A program made the translations under genes and the position numbers. Below the pieces are notes generated by a model. It was not told the DNA's origin. It made no database searches and saw only the letters and a program-made list of their open reading frames with translations. A stretch of DNA of 64,000 bases from an uncultured Bacilli bacterium. Its GTDB lineage: Bacteria; Bacillota_I; Bacilli_A; RF39; UBA660. Shown piece by piece: positions 63,563 through 64,000 of this stretch (position 1 is its first letter; each line of letters begins with the position of its first letter). The stretch covers positions 75,880 to 139,879 of the forward strand of contig CALVIG010000002.1 in the NCBI GenBank assembly GCA_944329425.1. The letters run 5' to 3'.

Positions 63563-64000
63563 ATGAGTAAAATATTTGAAGAATTATCTAAAAAAAGCGA
63601 ATTTGAAATTGAACAAGAAATTTTAAAAAAATGGAAAAGTGAAGATATTTTAAAGAAAACCATTGATAATAGAGAGGGTAAGGAAAATTTTGTTTTCTAT
63701 GACGGACCTGCTACCGCGAACGGGAAACCAGGAGTTCATCACATGGTAGCAAAATTCTTAAAGGATGCGTTTTGTAAATACCAAACCATGAAAGGTAAAA
63801 GGGTACTAAGAAAAATTGGATGGGATACTCACGGGTTACCAGTAGAGGTTCAAGTAGAAAAAGAATTAGGTTTTAATGGTAAAAAAGACATTGAAAAGTA
63901 TGGTATTGAAAAATTTAATAAAAAGTGTCGTGAAGCCGTATGGGAAAACGAGGAAGCCTTTACTAAGTTAACTGATGAAATGGGACAATTTATTGATACT
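63563..64000 (+). CDS. ileS: Isoleucine--tRNA ligase, 3' end beyond the window
   Basis: RBS 'aaaggagg'. 'FYDGPATANGKPGVHHMVAKFLKD' (HIGH region) and 'GWDTHGLPVE'. The frame is open to the window end. Consistent with the ATC specifier upstream. Confidence 0.85.
   Translation, partial: MSKIFEELSKKSEFEIEQEILKKWKSEDILKKTIDNREGKENFVFYDGPATANGKPGVHHMVAKFLKDAFCKYQTMKGKRVLRKIGWDTHGLPVEVQVEKELGFNGKKDIEKYGIEKFNKKCREAVWENEEAFTKLTDEMGQFIDT

Noticed and set aside
1-64000. An alternative genetic code (TGA as Trp, as in Mollicutes relatives), and rRNA or tRNA genes.
   Set aside because: Conserved genes terminate cleanly at TGA (for example sufC at 54804-54806 and the ASCH gene at 34260-34262) with the expected lengths. 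I found no cloverleaf-like or rRNA-like GC-rich segments in any intergenic region.

Overview
A very AT-rich chromosomal segment from an endospore-forming Bacillota (Firmicutes) genome. The standard genetic code applies, since TGA is used as a stop. I cannot place it more precisely without a database search.

Core (1-28.4 kb and 47-64 kb): this is conserved housekeeping and sporulation content.
- Housekeeping: truB, rpsO, pnp, an OmpR/HisKA two-component pair, RNase J, ftsY-ylxM-ffh, rpoZ, recX, prsA, VanY-type and PBP5-type carboxypeptidases, a cysteine desulfurase, a short SSB, pdp, a P-type ATPase, gpsA, tmcAL, a class B PBP, rpmG, efp and sepF. A T-box(Ile) leader precedes ileS.
- Sporulation: a STAS/SigF-like pair, spoVAC-AD-AEB, a CotD-like protein and two YjcZ-like micro-ORFs.
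- A two-gene SufC/SufBD pair sits between the sigF-like gene and spoVA.
- Many lineage-specific ORFs of unknown function are interspersed.

Accessory region (about 28.4-46.3 kb): this stretch is visibly even more AT-rich and has no recognisable recombinase. It contains:
- an orphan protein with a C-terminal Vsr/DUF559-like PD-(D/E)xK module
- an HExxH protein
- a C39-like peptidase fused to RyR repeats
- a micro-peptide / ASCH / DUF262-HNH (GmrSD/BrxU-like) unit
- a complete type I R-M operon (hsdM-hsdS-X-Y-hsdR), in which X and Y are two small membrane-protein genes wedged between hsdS and hsdR
- a further orphan gene downstream of hsdR
- three GNAT genes, one fused to a SAM methyltransferase

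A roughly 66-bp terminator-plus-promoter cassette occurs as an imperfect direct repeat at 31.7 kb and 47.0 kb, bracketing about 15.3 kb of this region.

The best candidate for an undescribed system is the hsd-embedded membrane gene pair. The neighbouring orphan genes are secondary candidates.

No rRNA, tRNA, CRISPR array, transposase or integrase was recognised. All calls come from reading motifs by eye; no searches were run.
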